Of a stretch of DNA of 64,000 nucleotides, positions 25,755-35,447 are shown piece by piece; the first letter of the stretch is position 1, and every line of letters begins with the position of its first letter. Under the pieces are notes generated by a model. It searched no databases. It was not told the origin of the DNA and saw only the letters and a program-made list of their open reading frames with translations. The translations under genes and the position numbers were made by a program. This stretch comes from Thermoplasmatota archaeon (GTDB lineage: Archaea > Thermoplasmatota > Thermoplasmata > Lutacidiplasmatales > UBA184): the NCBI GenBank assembly GCA_036781185.1, contig DAIQBL010000001.1, positions 23,369 to 87,368 of the forward strand, read 5' to 3'.

Positions 25755-26543
25755 TCAGGGCCCCGCGGACTTCCAGGTCACCTTGAACGTCTTGCCGCCG
25801 TTCGACAACGCGCTCGGCACCGCCATCTTCGTCGTGGTCGATGCTTTCAGCATCGTGAGGGCCTGGTTCGAGAAGCCGCTGATGGAGTGGCTGTGACCGT
25901 GGATCGTCGCGGAGGCGTTGGTGAACGTCACCGACCCGAAATCCGTGAGGCGCGTGCTCGTGCTCGAGATCTCCGTGATCCACTCGGCGGAGACCCGCAG
26001 CGCCCCGGGGTCGGCCACGTACTGGGTGACGTGTTTTCCGCTCGTGGTGTCCTTGAGGGAGAGCGTGAACAACTTGCTGGCCTTGCTGAACTGGATTTCC
26101 GCGTGGATGGCGTCGCCCGCCTTGATGGAGAGAGAGAACGTACCGGCCCGGACCGGAGCGACCTCGTACCAGGCGTAGTACTGCGGCGAGCCCGATTGGC
26201 AGTTCGTCGCCGTGCCGATCTCCTCGAGGGTCGTCGAAGAGGTCGCTCCGTCAATGCCGACAAAGAACCCCGCGTTCCGGGCGGAACTCGGGCAGGCGGC
26301 GGCGACCCCCGGCGCGTGCCAGCTGCCCTGGACGTCGGTCACGCCTCCGCCGGTCGTCGTGATGACGTAACCCGACCAGTAGAACGACGGGTGGTGGGTC
26401 GTTCCGAACACGGCGGCGGGAACCATCGGTGCTACCGAGGTGGTCGCGGCGGACGAGGAGGCGACCGCAAGGCCCGAAAGCCCCACGCCGAGAAGCGCGA
26501 ACGTGGCGGTCACGACCATCAGTCGGTGGCGGGTTCGGCCCAT
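25755..26543 (-). CDS. Secreted G1/eqolisin-family glutamic peptidase paralog with Glu in place of the catalytic Gln
   Basis: Signal MGRTRHRLMVVTATFALLGVGLSGLAVASS, then YWSGYVI, FFVGIDGATS...LEEIGT (Glu where paralog 12380..13174 has Gln), YYAWYEVAP and VSAEWITE (catalytic Glu motif). The start was set at the internal Met. Confidence 0.65.
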   Translation of the reverse strand: MGRTRHRLMVVTATFALLGVGLSGLAVASSSAATTSVAPMVPAAVFGTTHHPSFYWSGYVITTTGGGVTDVQGSWHAPGVAAACPSSARNAGFFVGIDGATSSTTLEEIGTATNCQSGSPQYYAWYEVAPVRAGTFSLSIKAGDAIHAEIQFSKASKLFTLSLKDTTSGKHVTQYVADPGALRVSAEWITEISSTSTRLTDFGSVTFTNASATIHGHSHSISGFSNQALTMLKASTTTKMAVPSALSNGGKTFKVTWKSAGP

Positions 26544-26985
26544 GGACACTCCCGCGGGGCCAACGGAGAAGCCCCGTTTAAATCCGCGTTCGACCCGGGC
26601 CCATTCTCCGGGCCGACGGAATCCGAGTCCTCGCGCCGGGTTGGGAACCGGCGCCCGGCCGGTGAGACCACCCGGAGCCGCGGACCGGAACTCCGCGTCG
26701 AGTCGGCCCATTAATCCTGGTCCGTCGGGCCACGCTCCGGAGCTTCGGCTGACGGGGGATCAGGCCGCCCGCGCAGGATCGGACAGGGTCCGCCGCCGAG
26801 CAATGACCGTCGGTGCCGGCCGGCGGGTCCCGGACCGTCGCCCGCGGCCGGTCGGTCGCAGCGACTCCTCCCCCGACGAGACCGAACGTGCGGGGGTTAT
26901 ACAGCAGCCGGGAGAATATCCGCAACAAGCGAGGTGACGCGGACGGACACCCGGCTCCTGAGCCGGCCCGGTTCGCCCCGCTCTC

Positions 26986-28032
26986 ATGGGGAACAAGCTA
27001 GCGAGCGCCCGTCGGCCGCGGTGGAAGCGGTCCGGTCCTGGGGGACACCTCGTCTCCGCCCTGTCTCCGGCCCTGCTCGTCGGGTTGCTGGGCCTCGCCG
27101 GGGTGACCACCGGGTATCCGACCCCACTGCCAGCGCAATCCTCGCCCGCCCTCCCCGCTCAATCCGCGGGCAACTTCTCGCTCGCCGCCGTGACCTACCC
27201 GACGGCGATTCGGCACGTGATCGTCGTGATGGAGGAGAATCACGACCTCGTGTGGACCCTGACGAACCCGGCCTTCCTCTCGCTCTACTCGCATAGTGCC
27301 CACGCCACCCGGGCATACGCGATCTGCCACCCGTCGGCGCCGAACTACATCGCGATCAGCAGCGCGGTCGACCAACGGTGCGGCTCGGACCGGGTCACGT
27401 ACCTCAAGGCGACCAACCTCGCGAGCGACGCGGCGAGCCACTCGGTCTCCTGGCAGGGGCTGTTCGAGTCGATGCCGTCCGCGTGCGACCGTACCGACGC
27501 CTACCCGTACATCGCCCACCACAATCCGTGGGTCTACTATTCCGACCTGAAGTCGACATGCGCGGCCCACGACCTGTCGTTCTTCACGCCGACCGGGGCG
27601 TCACGGCTGCAACTCGAGCTGAACGGCTCCACGCTGCCCGCCCTGACGTACATCTCCCCGAACATGCTGCACGACGCCCACGACGGTTCGCTTGCCGCCG
27701 CCTACAGCTGGCTCGCGAAGTACGTCCTGCATCCGGTGCACGCCTCCTCAACGTACGCTCCGACGACGGCAGTGATCGTGCTGTTCGACGAGGCGTACAA
27801 GCAGAGCTGCCGATGCTCGGAAGGCGGGGGGTACACCGCCGGCACCATCACCGTCTCGGGCGGACCGATCTACCTCGTGGTCCGGTCGCCCGTGTCAAAC
27901 GGGACGGACGTGGTCACGGTGCACGTGACCGAGTTCAACGTGGTCTCGACCATCGAGTGGCTCCTCCGGCTTCCGTCCCTCGGACACCAGGACAACACCA
28001 AGTTCCCGGCGATGAAGTCGCTCTTCACCTAG
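26986..28032 (+). CDS. Secreted phosphoesterase-family protein (acid phosphatase/phospholipase C-like)
   Basis: Signal/TM LVSALSPALLVGLLGLAGV. HVIVVMEENHD, CHPSAPNYIAISS and AHHNPW are hallmarks of the phosphoesterase family. Confidence 0.7.
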   Translation: MGNKLASARRPRWKRSGPGGHLVSALSPALLVGLLGLAGVTTGYPTPLPAQSSPALPAQSAGNFSLAAVTYPTAIRHVIVVMEENHDLVWTLTNPAFLSLYSHSAHATRAYAICHPSAPNYIAISSAVDQRCGSDRVTYLKATNLASDAASHSVSWQGLFESMPSACDRTDAYPYIAHHNPWVYYSDLKSTCAAHDLSFFTPTGASRLQLELNGSTLPALTYISPNMLHDAHDGSLAAAYSWLAKYVLHPVHASSTYAPTTAVIVLFDEAYKQSCRCSEGGGYTAGTITVSGGPIYLVVRSPVSNGTDVVTVHVTEFNVVSTIEWLLRLPSLGHQDNTKFPAMKSLFT

Positions 28033-28189
28033 TCCGTTCCGGACCCATCCAGGTCAGCCGACCACCTACGGGTCCCATCCGGGTGGGGCGGTCGCCCGAG
28101 CCGGGGGCGAAACTCGGGCAGGATTCGGGCCGGACTGGGGGACGATTGCGGGCTTTCGATATCCCCTACCTGGCCGCTCCGCGGGCACC

Positions 28190-29344
28190 ATGCCGAGACC
28201 GAGTGCCCTTTGGCTGATGCCCGTAGCGGCCGTGCTGCTGCTGCTGGTACCCGCCGCCGCCGCGTCTTCGCCCACGACGATCTCGCCTCCGACTCACGGA
28301 CTGCCCGCCGGTTCGGGAGGGCTCGTGTTCACGATGTCGAACGCCGTCTCCGGGAACGTCGTCTGGGCGTACCACATCGCGGCCGGCGGCTCGCTCGTGC
28401 CCGTCGGGCACTTCGCGACCGGCGGAAAGGGGACCGGCGCGAGCCTGGCCGACGCCAACTCGGTCGTACTCTCGACCGATCACCGATACCTCTTGGTGGT
28501 GAACGCCGGCAGCAACACCGTCACGGTGTTCGGCGTGCACGCGCCGGCCCCCGGGTCGGCGGTCCTCTCCGTCCTCGACCGCGCGAACTCTCGGGGCGTC
28601 GGGCCGGTGAGCCTCGCCGTCCACGGCCCGTTCGTGGAAGTGCTCAACGCGGGGAACTCGACGGTCGCGGGCAACATCGCCGGCTTCCTGCTCGCCGACC
28701 ACGGGCTCCTGCTTCCCCTGCCCCACTCCCGCCAGCCGCTGAGCACGAGCGCTCCGGCGGGCCCGGCCCAGATCGGGTTCAACCCCTCCGGAACGGTGCT
28801 CGTCGTCACCGAGAAGGCCACGAACCAGATCGACACCTACCCGGTCTCGAGCCAGGGGATCGCGGGGAGTCCGACGTTCACGACCTCGAACGGCACGACG
28901 CCGTACGGCTTCGCGTTCGACCCGAACGGCGCCCTGATCGTCAGCGACGCCGCCTCGGGAGCGCTGTCGTCGTACACGGTCGCGGTCTCCGGTGCCCTCA
29001 CCCTGGTCAGCGGGACGGTCGTCGACAACCAGCTCGCCCCGTGCTGGGTCGCGGTCGCCCACGGAGGGAAGATCGCCTACACCACGAACGCCCACAGCAA
29101 CAGCATCTCGTCGTACACCGTCGGGCGAGGCGGCGCGCTTACGCTCCTCACCTCGGTCGCGGCCACGACGGGGACGGCGGACACGGACCTCGCGGTGGCG
29201 GGGACCCACGGGCAGTACCTGGTCGTCCTCGACGCGGGCGCCGCGGAGGTCCAGGAGTTCCGGATCGGCGCGAGCGGGGGGCTGACGCTCCTCTACACCG
29301 TCTCCGCCCTGCCGAGCGCCTCGGAGGGGCTGGCGGCGTTCTGA
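28190..29344 (+). CDS. Secreted 7-bladed beta-propeller lactonase-family protein (6-phosphogluconolactonase-like, COG2706)
   Basis: Signal peptide LWLMPVAAVLLLLVPAAAASS, then repeated blade-like segments (VWAYHIAAGGSLVPV, YLLVVNAGSNTVTVF, FVEVLNAGNSTVAG, VLVVTEKATNQIDTY, ALIVSDAASGALSSY, IAYTTNAHSNSISSY, YLVVLDAGAAEVQEF). Confidence 0.65.
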   Translation: MPRPSALWLMPVAAVLLLLVPAAAASSPTTISPPTHGLPAGSGGLVFTMSNAVSGNVVWAYHIAAGGSLVPVGHFATGGKGTGASLADANSVVLSTDHRYLLVVNAGSNTVTVFGVHAPAPGSAVLSVLDRANSRGVGPVSLAVHGPFVEVLNAGNSTVAGNIAGFLLADHGLLLPLPHSRQPLSTSAPAGPAQIGFNPSGTVLVVTEKATNQIDTYPVSSQGIAGSPTFTTSNGTTPYGFAFDPNGALIVSDAASGALSSYTVAVSGALTLVSGTVVDNQLAPCWVAVAHGGKIAYTTNAHSNSISSYTVGRGGALTLLTSVAATTGTADTDLAVAGTHGQYLVVLDAGAAEVQEFRIGASGGLTLLYTVSALPSASEGLAAF

Positions 29345-29431
29345 GCGGGGACGACCGACGGGCCGCCGACGGGCCGACGTGGGCGAAGAGGAACCCCTGA
29401 TAAGGAGCGGGCCGCTCGGCCCGGGCACGCC

Positions 29432-29788
29432 ATGAGCCCGGGCTTCCGCTCCCTGATGTGGTACGTCCTGTTCGGCACCCGCGGCGGCCCGAACCGACGC
29501 CGGATCCTCGACGAACTCCTTCGCTCCCCCGCCAACGCCCACCAGTTGGCGGGGACGCTCGGCCTCGACTACCGTACGGTCCGGCACCACCTCCGCCTCC
29601 TCGAGCGGAGCGGCGCGGTCACCCGGCCGGTCGGCGACGCCTACGCCACGCCGTACGAGATCGCCGCTTCCACCGCCGCGTACCTGGAGACCGTGACCGA
29701 ACCGGCCGCGCGCCCCGACCGGCCGCCCGTCCCCGCCCGCCGTCGGACCCCGACGCGGCCGGGCGGGGCCGGAGGCGTCGTCCGATGA
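29432..29788 (+). CDS. Winged-helix (ArsR-like) DNA-binding protein
   Basis: RRRILDELLRSPANAHQLAGTLGLDYRTVRHHLRLLERSGAV is an ArsR/SmtB-type HTH. It overlaps the downstream small membrane protein gene by 4 nt. Confidence 0.6.
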   Translation: MSPGFRSLMWYVLFGTRGGPNRRRILDELLRSPANAHQLAGTLGLDYRTVRHHLRLLERSGAVTRPVGDAYATPYEIAASTAAYLETVTEPAARPDRPPVPARRRTPTRPGGAGGVVR

Positions 29789-30072
29789 CAAACCTCCTCA
29801 TGGAGGCGAGCGTCGCGCTCGGCCTCGTCAGCATCGTCCTCGCCGGGGGCCTGTTCCTGCTCTACCGCCGAATTTACACCCAGACGAGAACCGGGTTCGG
29901 CCTCGCGCTCCTCGTCTTCGCCGGCGCCTTCGTCGTCCAGAGCGCCCTGACCGTGTACTCCTACCTCGCCGCGATGCCGATCATCCCCGACTCGTTCGCT
30001 CCGTTCCTGTTCGGGATCGGCCTCTGCGAAGCGACCGGTCTGGGGGCGGTCGTCTGGACCGCCTCGCGCTGA
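29785..30072 (+). CDS. Small membrane protein (3 TM), partner of the upstream HTH protein
   Basis: MTNLLMEASVALGLVSIVLAGGLFLLY...LALLVFAGAFVVQSAL...FLFGIGLCEATGLGAVVW. The start overlaps the stop of 29432..29788. Confidence 0.5.
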   Translation: MTNLLMEASVALGLVSIVLAGGLFLLYRRIYTQTRTGFGLALLVFAGAFVVQSALTVYSYLAAMPIIPDSFAPFLFGIGLCEATGLGAVVWTASR

Positions 30073-30170
30073 GCGCGGCGACGGAACCCGCTTCCGCGGG
30101 TCGGGGGATCGCTCGACCGACCGGCGTCCGGGCGAAAGACGATTAGAGGCGCCGGCCGCTGGCGGCCCCG

Positions 30171-30674
30171 ATGGAACTCCTAGGCCCCGGCCTCCGCGTC
30201 CGAAACCTCGCTCGCTCCCTCCAGTTCTACACGAGTGCGCTCGGGCTTCGGGAGGTCCGCCGCGGGGATACCCGGTCGTGGGGCGGGGGCCTCTGGGTAC
30301 TTCTCGAAGACCGGAAGTCGCGCCAGCGGGTGGAGTTGAACTGGTACCCTCGAGGTTCGATCTTCCACGGACCGTTCCGGGCCGGCGATGCCCTCGACCA
30401 TCTCGATTTCGACCTCGGAGCGGTACCGGTGGCGGAGCTCGAGCGGGCGTACCGGCGGGTGGTCCGCGGCGGTGCGCGCGGTACCCGATACACGCCGTCC
30501 AGAACGGCCGGGTGGATGGCGAGCGCGATCGACCCGAACGGGGTTTGGATCGTGCTCACCCGGCGACCGACCCCCGCCGAACATCGCGCGATGCAGCGGG
30601 TCGACGCAGGGGTGCCGGCGACGAAGAGGTCCGGAGCGAAACGCCCGCGACCCCGCCCGCGCGCCCGGTCGTAG
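30171..30674 (+). CDS. VOC/glyoxalase-bleomycin-resistance-fold protein
   Basis: MELLGPGLRVRNLARSLQFYTSALGL...DHLDF...IDPNGVWIVL is typical of VOC-domain proteins. Confidence 0.6.
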   Translation: MELLGPGLRVRNLARSLQFYTSALGLREVRRGDTRSWGGGLWVLLEDRKSRQRVELNWYPRGSIFHGPFRAGDALDHLDFDLGAVPVAELERAYRRVVRGGARGTRYTPSRTAGWMASAIDPNGVWIVLTRRPTPAEHRAMQRVDAGVPATKRSGAKRPRPRPRARS

Positions 30675-30716
30675 CCGAGGTCGGCGGAGCGTGCCGGGGC
30701 GGCCGAGGAGGATTCC

Positions 30717-31472
30717 GTGAAACCGAGGAACGGCCGGCGACCCGAGGGCCCTCCCGTCCGAATCGCCCCGCTCACGACCAAGCGATGGACCGACCTCCAG
30801 AGCCTCTTCTCCGAGAGTGCGACCACCGACGGGTGCCAGTGCACCTGGTTCTTCCGGACCGGACCGGAGTTCCGGGACGGCTACGGGCCGGGCAACCGGA
30901 ACGCGCTATACGACCGGGTCTTGGCCGGCGGGCCCCCGGGCGTGCTGGCGTATGTCGGCGGGGCACCGGCCGCGTGGTGCGCCTTCGGGCCCCGGGAGTG
31001 GTATCCCCGCGTGGACCGTTCCCGACTGTTCCGCGGGGTGGGCCGGCCCGGAACGTGGGCGATCGTCTGCTTCTTCGTGCCAAACCGGTTCCGGGGGTCG
31101 CGCCTGATGGATCGGCTCATCGAGGCGGCCGTGGAACGGGCGAGCGAAGCGGGTGCGTCGGCCGTCGAGGCGTACCCGGTCGTCGTCGAGCCGGGCGGCC
31201 GCACCGACCCGGGGAGCGGGTACCACGGCTTCGTCGGGCCGTTCCTCCGGTCCGGCTTCCGCGTGGTCGGCCGGCCGTCCCCGGCGCGGGCCGTCGTCCG
31301 GAAGGAACTTCCCGGCGCGTCCCTCAGGGGCGGCCGGCGGCGAGAAGGCGGCCCGGGTCCGCGAGCAGCCGCTCCCACATCGCGCGGGTCACGGCCGTCG
31401 GCGACCCGCGTTCGGCGACCAGGATCGCGTCGACCCGGCCGTCGTCCCACTCGAGGAACAGCTGCGGAATGA
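30717..31472 (+). CDS. GNAT-family N-acetyltransferase with low-complexity C-terminal tail
   Basis: WAIVCFFVPNRFRGSRLMDRLIEAAVERASEAGASAVEAYP is a GNAT motif A/B region. The last 60 aa or so are Arg/Pro/Gly-rich and overlap the convergent thioredoxin-like gene. Confidence 0.6.
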   Translation: MKPRNGRRPEGPPVRIAPLTTKRWTDLQSLFSESATTDGCQCTWFFRTGPEFRDGYGPGNRNALYDRVLAGGPPGVLAYVGGAPAAWCAFGPREWYPRVDRSRLFRGVGRPGTWAIVCFFVPNRFRGSRLMDRLIEAAVERASEAGASAVEAYPVVVEPGGRTDPGSGYHGFVGPFLRSGFRVVGRPSPARAVVRKELPGASLRGGRRREGGPGPRAAAPTSRGSRPSATRVRRPGSRRPGRRPTRGTAAE

Positions 31473-31668
31473 CGTAGTCGTCGTCCCAGAGGCCCTGAGC
31501 TTCGACGATCCGGTCGGCCTCCTTCGCCGTCGCGGGACTGTCGATATCGAGCATCCGGAGAGCGACCCCGAGACGCTTCGCGAGGAGCGGGGCGCGCTCG
31601 GTCGACACCGGGTCGCAGTGCGGGCACCAGACCGCGTAGACTAGGGAAAGTCGGGTCGGTTTCGCCAC
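31324..31668 (-). CDS. Thioredoxin/glutaredoxin-fold protein (WCPHC active site)
   Basis: LVYAVWCPHCDP...YVIPQLFLEW. The start was set at the GTG (VAKPTR) to give about 114 aa; the track ORF extends to 31710. Confidence 0.6.
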   Translation of the reverse strand: MAKPTRLSLVYAVWCPHCDPVSTERAPLLAKRLGVALRMLDIDSPATAKEADRIVEAQGLWDDDYVIPQLFLEWDDGRVDAILVAERGSPTAVTRAMWERLLADPGRLLAAGRP

Positions 31669-31714
31669 GAGCCCTCGCCCTCCGGCCGCGTCGACCGCCG
31701 GGCCCCGCATATCG

Positions 31715-32074
31715 ATGTCGCGGGGTGTCGTGCCCGGACCACCAAATAGGGGGCCGGAGTGGACCCCGAAGATGCCAACGAAGCGGCGCGCCCCGCGTCA
31801 CCGAAGCTCCGGACCCGCCGTCCGACGGTCGCAATCTCCGCTCGCCTCCACGCCGGCCTCACCGGCGCCGCTCCACATCGAATCCCCCCCGACGGGCCAC
31901 GAGGTGTGCCGGAGCTGCGGCCGGATCGTCCGGCTCGAACTGTCCGAGGGGGATTCGGCGAATCTCGTCGCCTTCGCCGACCGCCGCCCCGACGGGTGGT
32001 CCGCCGACGGCGTCAGCTTGACCGTCACGGGCGTCTGCCCCCGTTGCCGCGAGGGCTTGGCCGCCCGGCCGTAG
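31715..32074 (+). CDS. Possible small zinc-ribbon protein
   Basis: CRSCGRI...GVCPRCREG pair of CxxC motifs. The composition is partly low-complexity, so it may be spurious. Confidence 0.3.
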   Translation: MSRGVVPGPPNRGPEWTPKMPTKRRAPRHRSSGPAVRRSQSPLASTPASPAPLHIESPPTGHEVCRSCGRIVRLELSEGDSANLVAFADRRPDGWSADGVSLTVTGVCPRCREGLAARP

Positions 32075-32093
32075 GGAGCCATCGGGCCGGCCG

Positions 32094-33251
32094 ATGCAGG
32101 GCGTCTTCTCGGCCCCGCGGATCGTCACCGGCCCGGGCGCGATCGAGGCGCTCAGCGGGTTCGGCGCCCGGCGGCCGCTCGTCGTCGTCGACCCGGCCAT
32201 CGCGACCTCGACCGGGGCGCGGCGGGTCGTCGAGGAGCTCGAAAAGCCGGACGGCGTCGTCGTCACGACGTTCTCCGACGTGACGATCGAGCCGACGATC
32301 GACGACGTGGAACGGGGCGTCGCCGCCGTCCGGTCGGCGGGTCCCGACCTGATCGTGGCGCTCGGAGGGGGCAGCACGATCGACACCGCGAAGGCGCTCT
32401 GGATCCGGTTCGTCCGGCCGGACGTCGCCCTCGAGACGATCACCCCGCTCGTCGAGCTGGGACTCCGTCCGGGCGCCACGTTCGTGGCGATTCCCACGAC
32501 CAGCGGCAGCGGCGCCGAGGCGACCTGGACGGCGGAGCTGCGGGCGGACGACGGCCGCCCGGTCGACGTCGCGACCCGCGAGTTGGTCCCCGACTGGGCG
32601 CTCCTCGACGCTTCCCTCGCCCGTTCCGCCCCGTCCTCGGTCCGGGCGGACGCCGCCGCGGACCTGCTGGGCCACGCGCTGGAGGCGCTCGGCTCCGAGT
32701 GGGCGAACCCGTTCTCCGATGCCGCCGGCCACGACGCCCTCGCCACGGCGCTCACCACGCTCCCGAAGATCGCCAAGCACCCAGACGATGAGGAGGCGCG
32801 CGCGACCCTGCACCACGCCGCCACGCTCGCCGGGATCGCCGCCTCGAACGCCCAGGTCGGCGTGGCCCACGCGCTCGCCCGGGCGCTCCGACCGTCCACC
32901 TCTCTCTCGCACGGCCGGCTCGTCGGGATCCTGCTCCCGTACGCGACCGAGTTCAATTATCCGAGCGCGCGGGACCGGTACGCCCGACTGACCGGCCCGC
33001 TCGGCCCGCCGATCGCCGCGAACCGGAGCGCCCTCGCCGAGCGGCTCCGCGCGGTCCTCGGGCCCCTCGGCATTCCCCGGACGCTCGCGGAGGCCGGCGT
33101 CGACCGGCTCCGAGCGGACGGGGGCCGGGCCGCCGCCATCGCGCACGCGGCCCGGACCCCGGCGGCGATCGCGAACCCGCGGGTACCGTCCGAGGAGGAG
33201 CTCGGCCGGCTCCTCGACGCCGCGTGGTCCGGCGCCCCCGTGACGTTCTGA
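32094..33251 (+). CDS. Iron-containing alcohol dehydrogenase family protein
   Basis: LIVALGGGSTIDTAKAL (GGGS NAD site) and His-rich metal site LHHAATLAGIAASNAQVGVAHAL. Length 385 aa. Confidence 0.8.
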   Translation: MQGVFSAPRIVTGPGAIEALSGFGARRPLVVVDPAIATSTGARRVVEELEKPDGVVVTTFSDVTIEPTIDDVERGVAAVRSAGPDLIVALGGGSTIDTAKALWIRFVRPDVALETITPLVELGLRPGATFVAIPTTSGSGAEATWTAELRADDGRPVDVATRELVPDWALLDASLARSAPSSVRADAAADLLGHALEALGSEWANPFSDAAGHDALATALTTLPKIAKHPDDEEARATLHHAATLAGIAASNAQVGVAHALARALRPSTSLSHGRLVGILLPYATEFNYPSARDRYARLTGPLGPPIAANRSALAERLRAVLGPLGIPRTLAEAGVDRLRADGGRAAAIAHAARTPAAIANPRVPSEEELGRLLDAAWSGAPVTF

Positions 33252-33448
33252 CCGACGAAGCTCGCCCTCGGTCGGCGAGAGGCCACAGATTCGACCGGGC
33301 GGGTCGCGAACCGGGCGCGGATGGGGAGCGCCACGACGTCGGACGGCCGGGAGTCCCGGCTCCCCGACCGCCCAGTCGCGTGGAGCCGGCTCGACCGAGC
33401 ATTTATCCCCGAAATTCCGCTATCGCGCGCTCAGGGAGATGCTCGGGT

Positions 33449-34180
33449 ATGGCGTTCGTTGATGATTTGGGGTTCGTAGTTGCGTTGATCCTCGCCGGCG
33501 CGGCGGTCCTTTCGTGGACGTCCGTCAAGGTGTTCCTCGCGATGTATCAGAACAACCCGACGAAGCTTCGGGCGAGCCTCCGGGGCTCCGCGGTGCCCGT
33601 GGGGGTCATTGGCGTCATCGCCGGGGCCATGGGGTTGGACATCGAGTTCACCTGGCCGTTCCCGGCCTCGTTCAACCTCGGGTCGTACAACATTTTCTTC
33701 GGCGACGTTCTGATGCTGTTCGCGATGGTCACGGTCGTCTACGCGGTCGTCGCGTTCTACGGCCTCAAGCTCGAGTACGCCGGGGTCTTCGGATTCGTCG
33801 CCGGCGTGATGACCGCCTGGTACGGCTACTGGGGCTACACGACGCTCGTCAAGCCCGGGGTTCTTGGGCTGACGAAGGACCCGCTGGAGACGTTCCTGCT
33901 CTACGGGGCGTTCGCGGCCGCGGGCGTGTTCTCCCTGCCGGCGGCGTTGGCCGTGGACTGGTTCCTCGACCACCCGGGGCCGACCTGGACGCCGATCTCC
34001 CTGAGCGGGCGGCCCACGCCCGCGCCAACGGCGGACGAGACGAAGGAGGCCCGGTTCCGGCTGCCGGCCTACGTCTACCTGCTGGTCGTCTGGTTCCCGA
34101 TCTTCGTGACGCTGGCGGCCATCGCGGCGTGGTTCTACATGGGCGACATCCTGCCCGGCCACCTCACCAGTGCCCCCTGA
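33449..34180 (+). CDS. Integral membrane protein (about 7 TM), hypothetical
   Basis: Starts MAFVDDLGFVVALILAGAAVL, rich in aromatic TM helices. The track ORF begins 75 codons upstream with Arg-rich junk. Confidence 0.55.
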   Translation: MAFVDDLGFVVALILAGAAVLSWTSVKVFLAMYQNNPTKLRASLRGSAVPVGVIGVIAGAMGLDIEFTWPFPASFNLGSYNIFFGDVLMLFAMVTVVYAVVAFYGLKLEYAGVFGFVAGVMTAWYGYWGYTTLVKPGVLGLTKDPLETFLLYGAFAAAGVFSLPAALAVDWFLDHPGPTWTPISLSGRPTPAPTADETKEARFRLPAYVYLLVVWFPIFVTLAAIAAWFYMGDILPGHLTSAP

Positions 34181-34239
34181 GTCCGGGCGCCGAGGGCCGG
34201 CCGGGCTCCGGGGGGTCTCCCCCCGGGTTCGGACGACGT

Positions 34240-35300
34240 CTACGCCGGCGCCGCGGCCTTGCCGGCCGGGTTCTCGGCGTCGCGCTGGGCGACGGCGTGG
34301 TTGATGGCGATCTCGGCGAGGTCGGCCGCGTACGAGGCGGAGCGCTCGACGCTCTCGAGGACGTAGGCGAGCGAGACGGCGACGCGCCCGCGCTTCGTCG
34401 CGAGCTCGTGGAGGATCTTCTGGCGTTCCCGGGAGACCCGGTGGGCGGAATCGACGACCGCGTTCGCGCGGGCGATGTCCGAGGTGTCGAGCGCGTCGAG
34501 CGCCTCGGCGAGCCCGTTCGCGGCGATGGCGTGGAGCTTGTCGAGCGAATCGACCACCGACGACGGAGGCTCCTCCTTGCCGAGCATGTCGAGCGTTTCC
34601 GCGATCTTCACCGCGTGGTCGGCGATCCGCTCGAGGACGCGGGAGGCGAGAAGGAACGTCGCGCAGTCCGGGAGCGTGAGCCCGAGGCTCGTCAGGGTGC
34701 GGGCGTCCCGGAGCGCCGTCGTCACCTGCTTCTCCACGAACCAGTGGAGCCGGTCGACCTCCCAGTCCCGCTCGACGACGTCCTTCGCGATCAGCGGGTC
34801 GCGCGCGTGGAAGGCGGCCATGGCGTCGACCTGCATCGACCGGACCATCTGGTGCATCCGGCGGATCACCGACGGGATCGGGAGCGGGTTCGCCCCCACG
34901 ACGTCCTGGAGGACGACCGCGTCGGCCGTCTCCTCGAGGATCTCCGGGCCGATCATCCGCTGGGCGAATCCCCGGACGATGTTCCGCGTCCTCGGGCTCA
35001 TCCGGCCCGGCGTCCGGACCTCGAGGAGCGGGGCGCCGGCGATGTACTCCGCGATGAGCCGGCGGAACAGGTGGTCCTCGTCCATGTCGTTCGAGACCTC
35101 GACCGACCGCTTCACGCCCTCCGAGCGCGGTCCCTCGTCGGCGTAGAGCGTCAGCGACCCGTCGGAGCGCGGGGAGAACAGCAACACGTCCCCCTCGTGA
35201 AGGCCGCGGCTCGTCACCCAGTTCTTCGGGAGCGAGACGATGTAGGTCGAGCCACCGGTCTTCTGGATCCGGCGACCGTGGAACCCGCCGGTGCTCCGCA
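34240..35300 (-). CDS. Phosphate-uptake-regulator-like protein: N-terminal AbrB/SpoVT swapped-hairpin domain plus tandem PhoU domains
   Basis: GGSTYIVSLPKNWVTSRGLHEGDVLLF (AbrB-like) followed by PhoU-like helical repeats (ERIADHAVKIAE, ASYAADLAEIAINHAV). The start is at the internal Met; a TATA-like tctataaagtataga lies about 30 bp upstream. Confidence 0.7.
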
Positions 35301-35447
35301 TAGGAGGAGTCGACCACCCATCTCTATACTTTATAGATTTGCGCGGGCGGACGCTCCCGGGCGAGGGAAACGGGACGCCGGAGGCGTCCGGCGGAGCGCC
35401 CGGAGTACCGCCTAAATAGCTACGCGGACGCTGGCGACTCCGGACCC

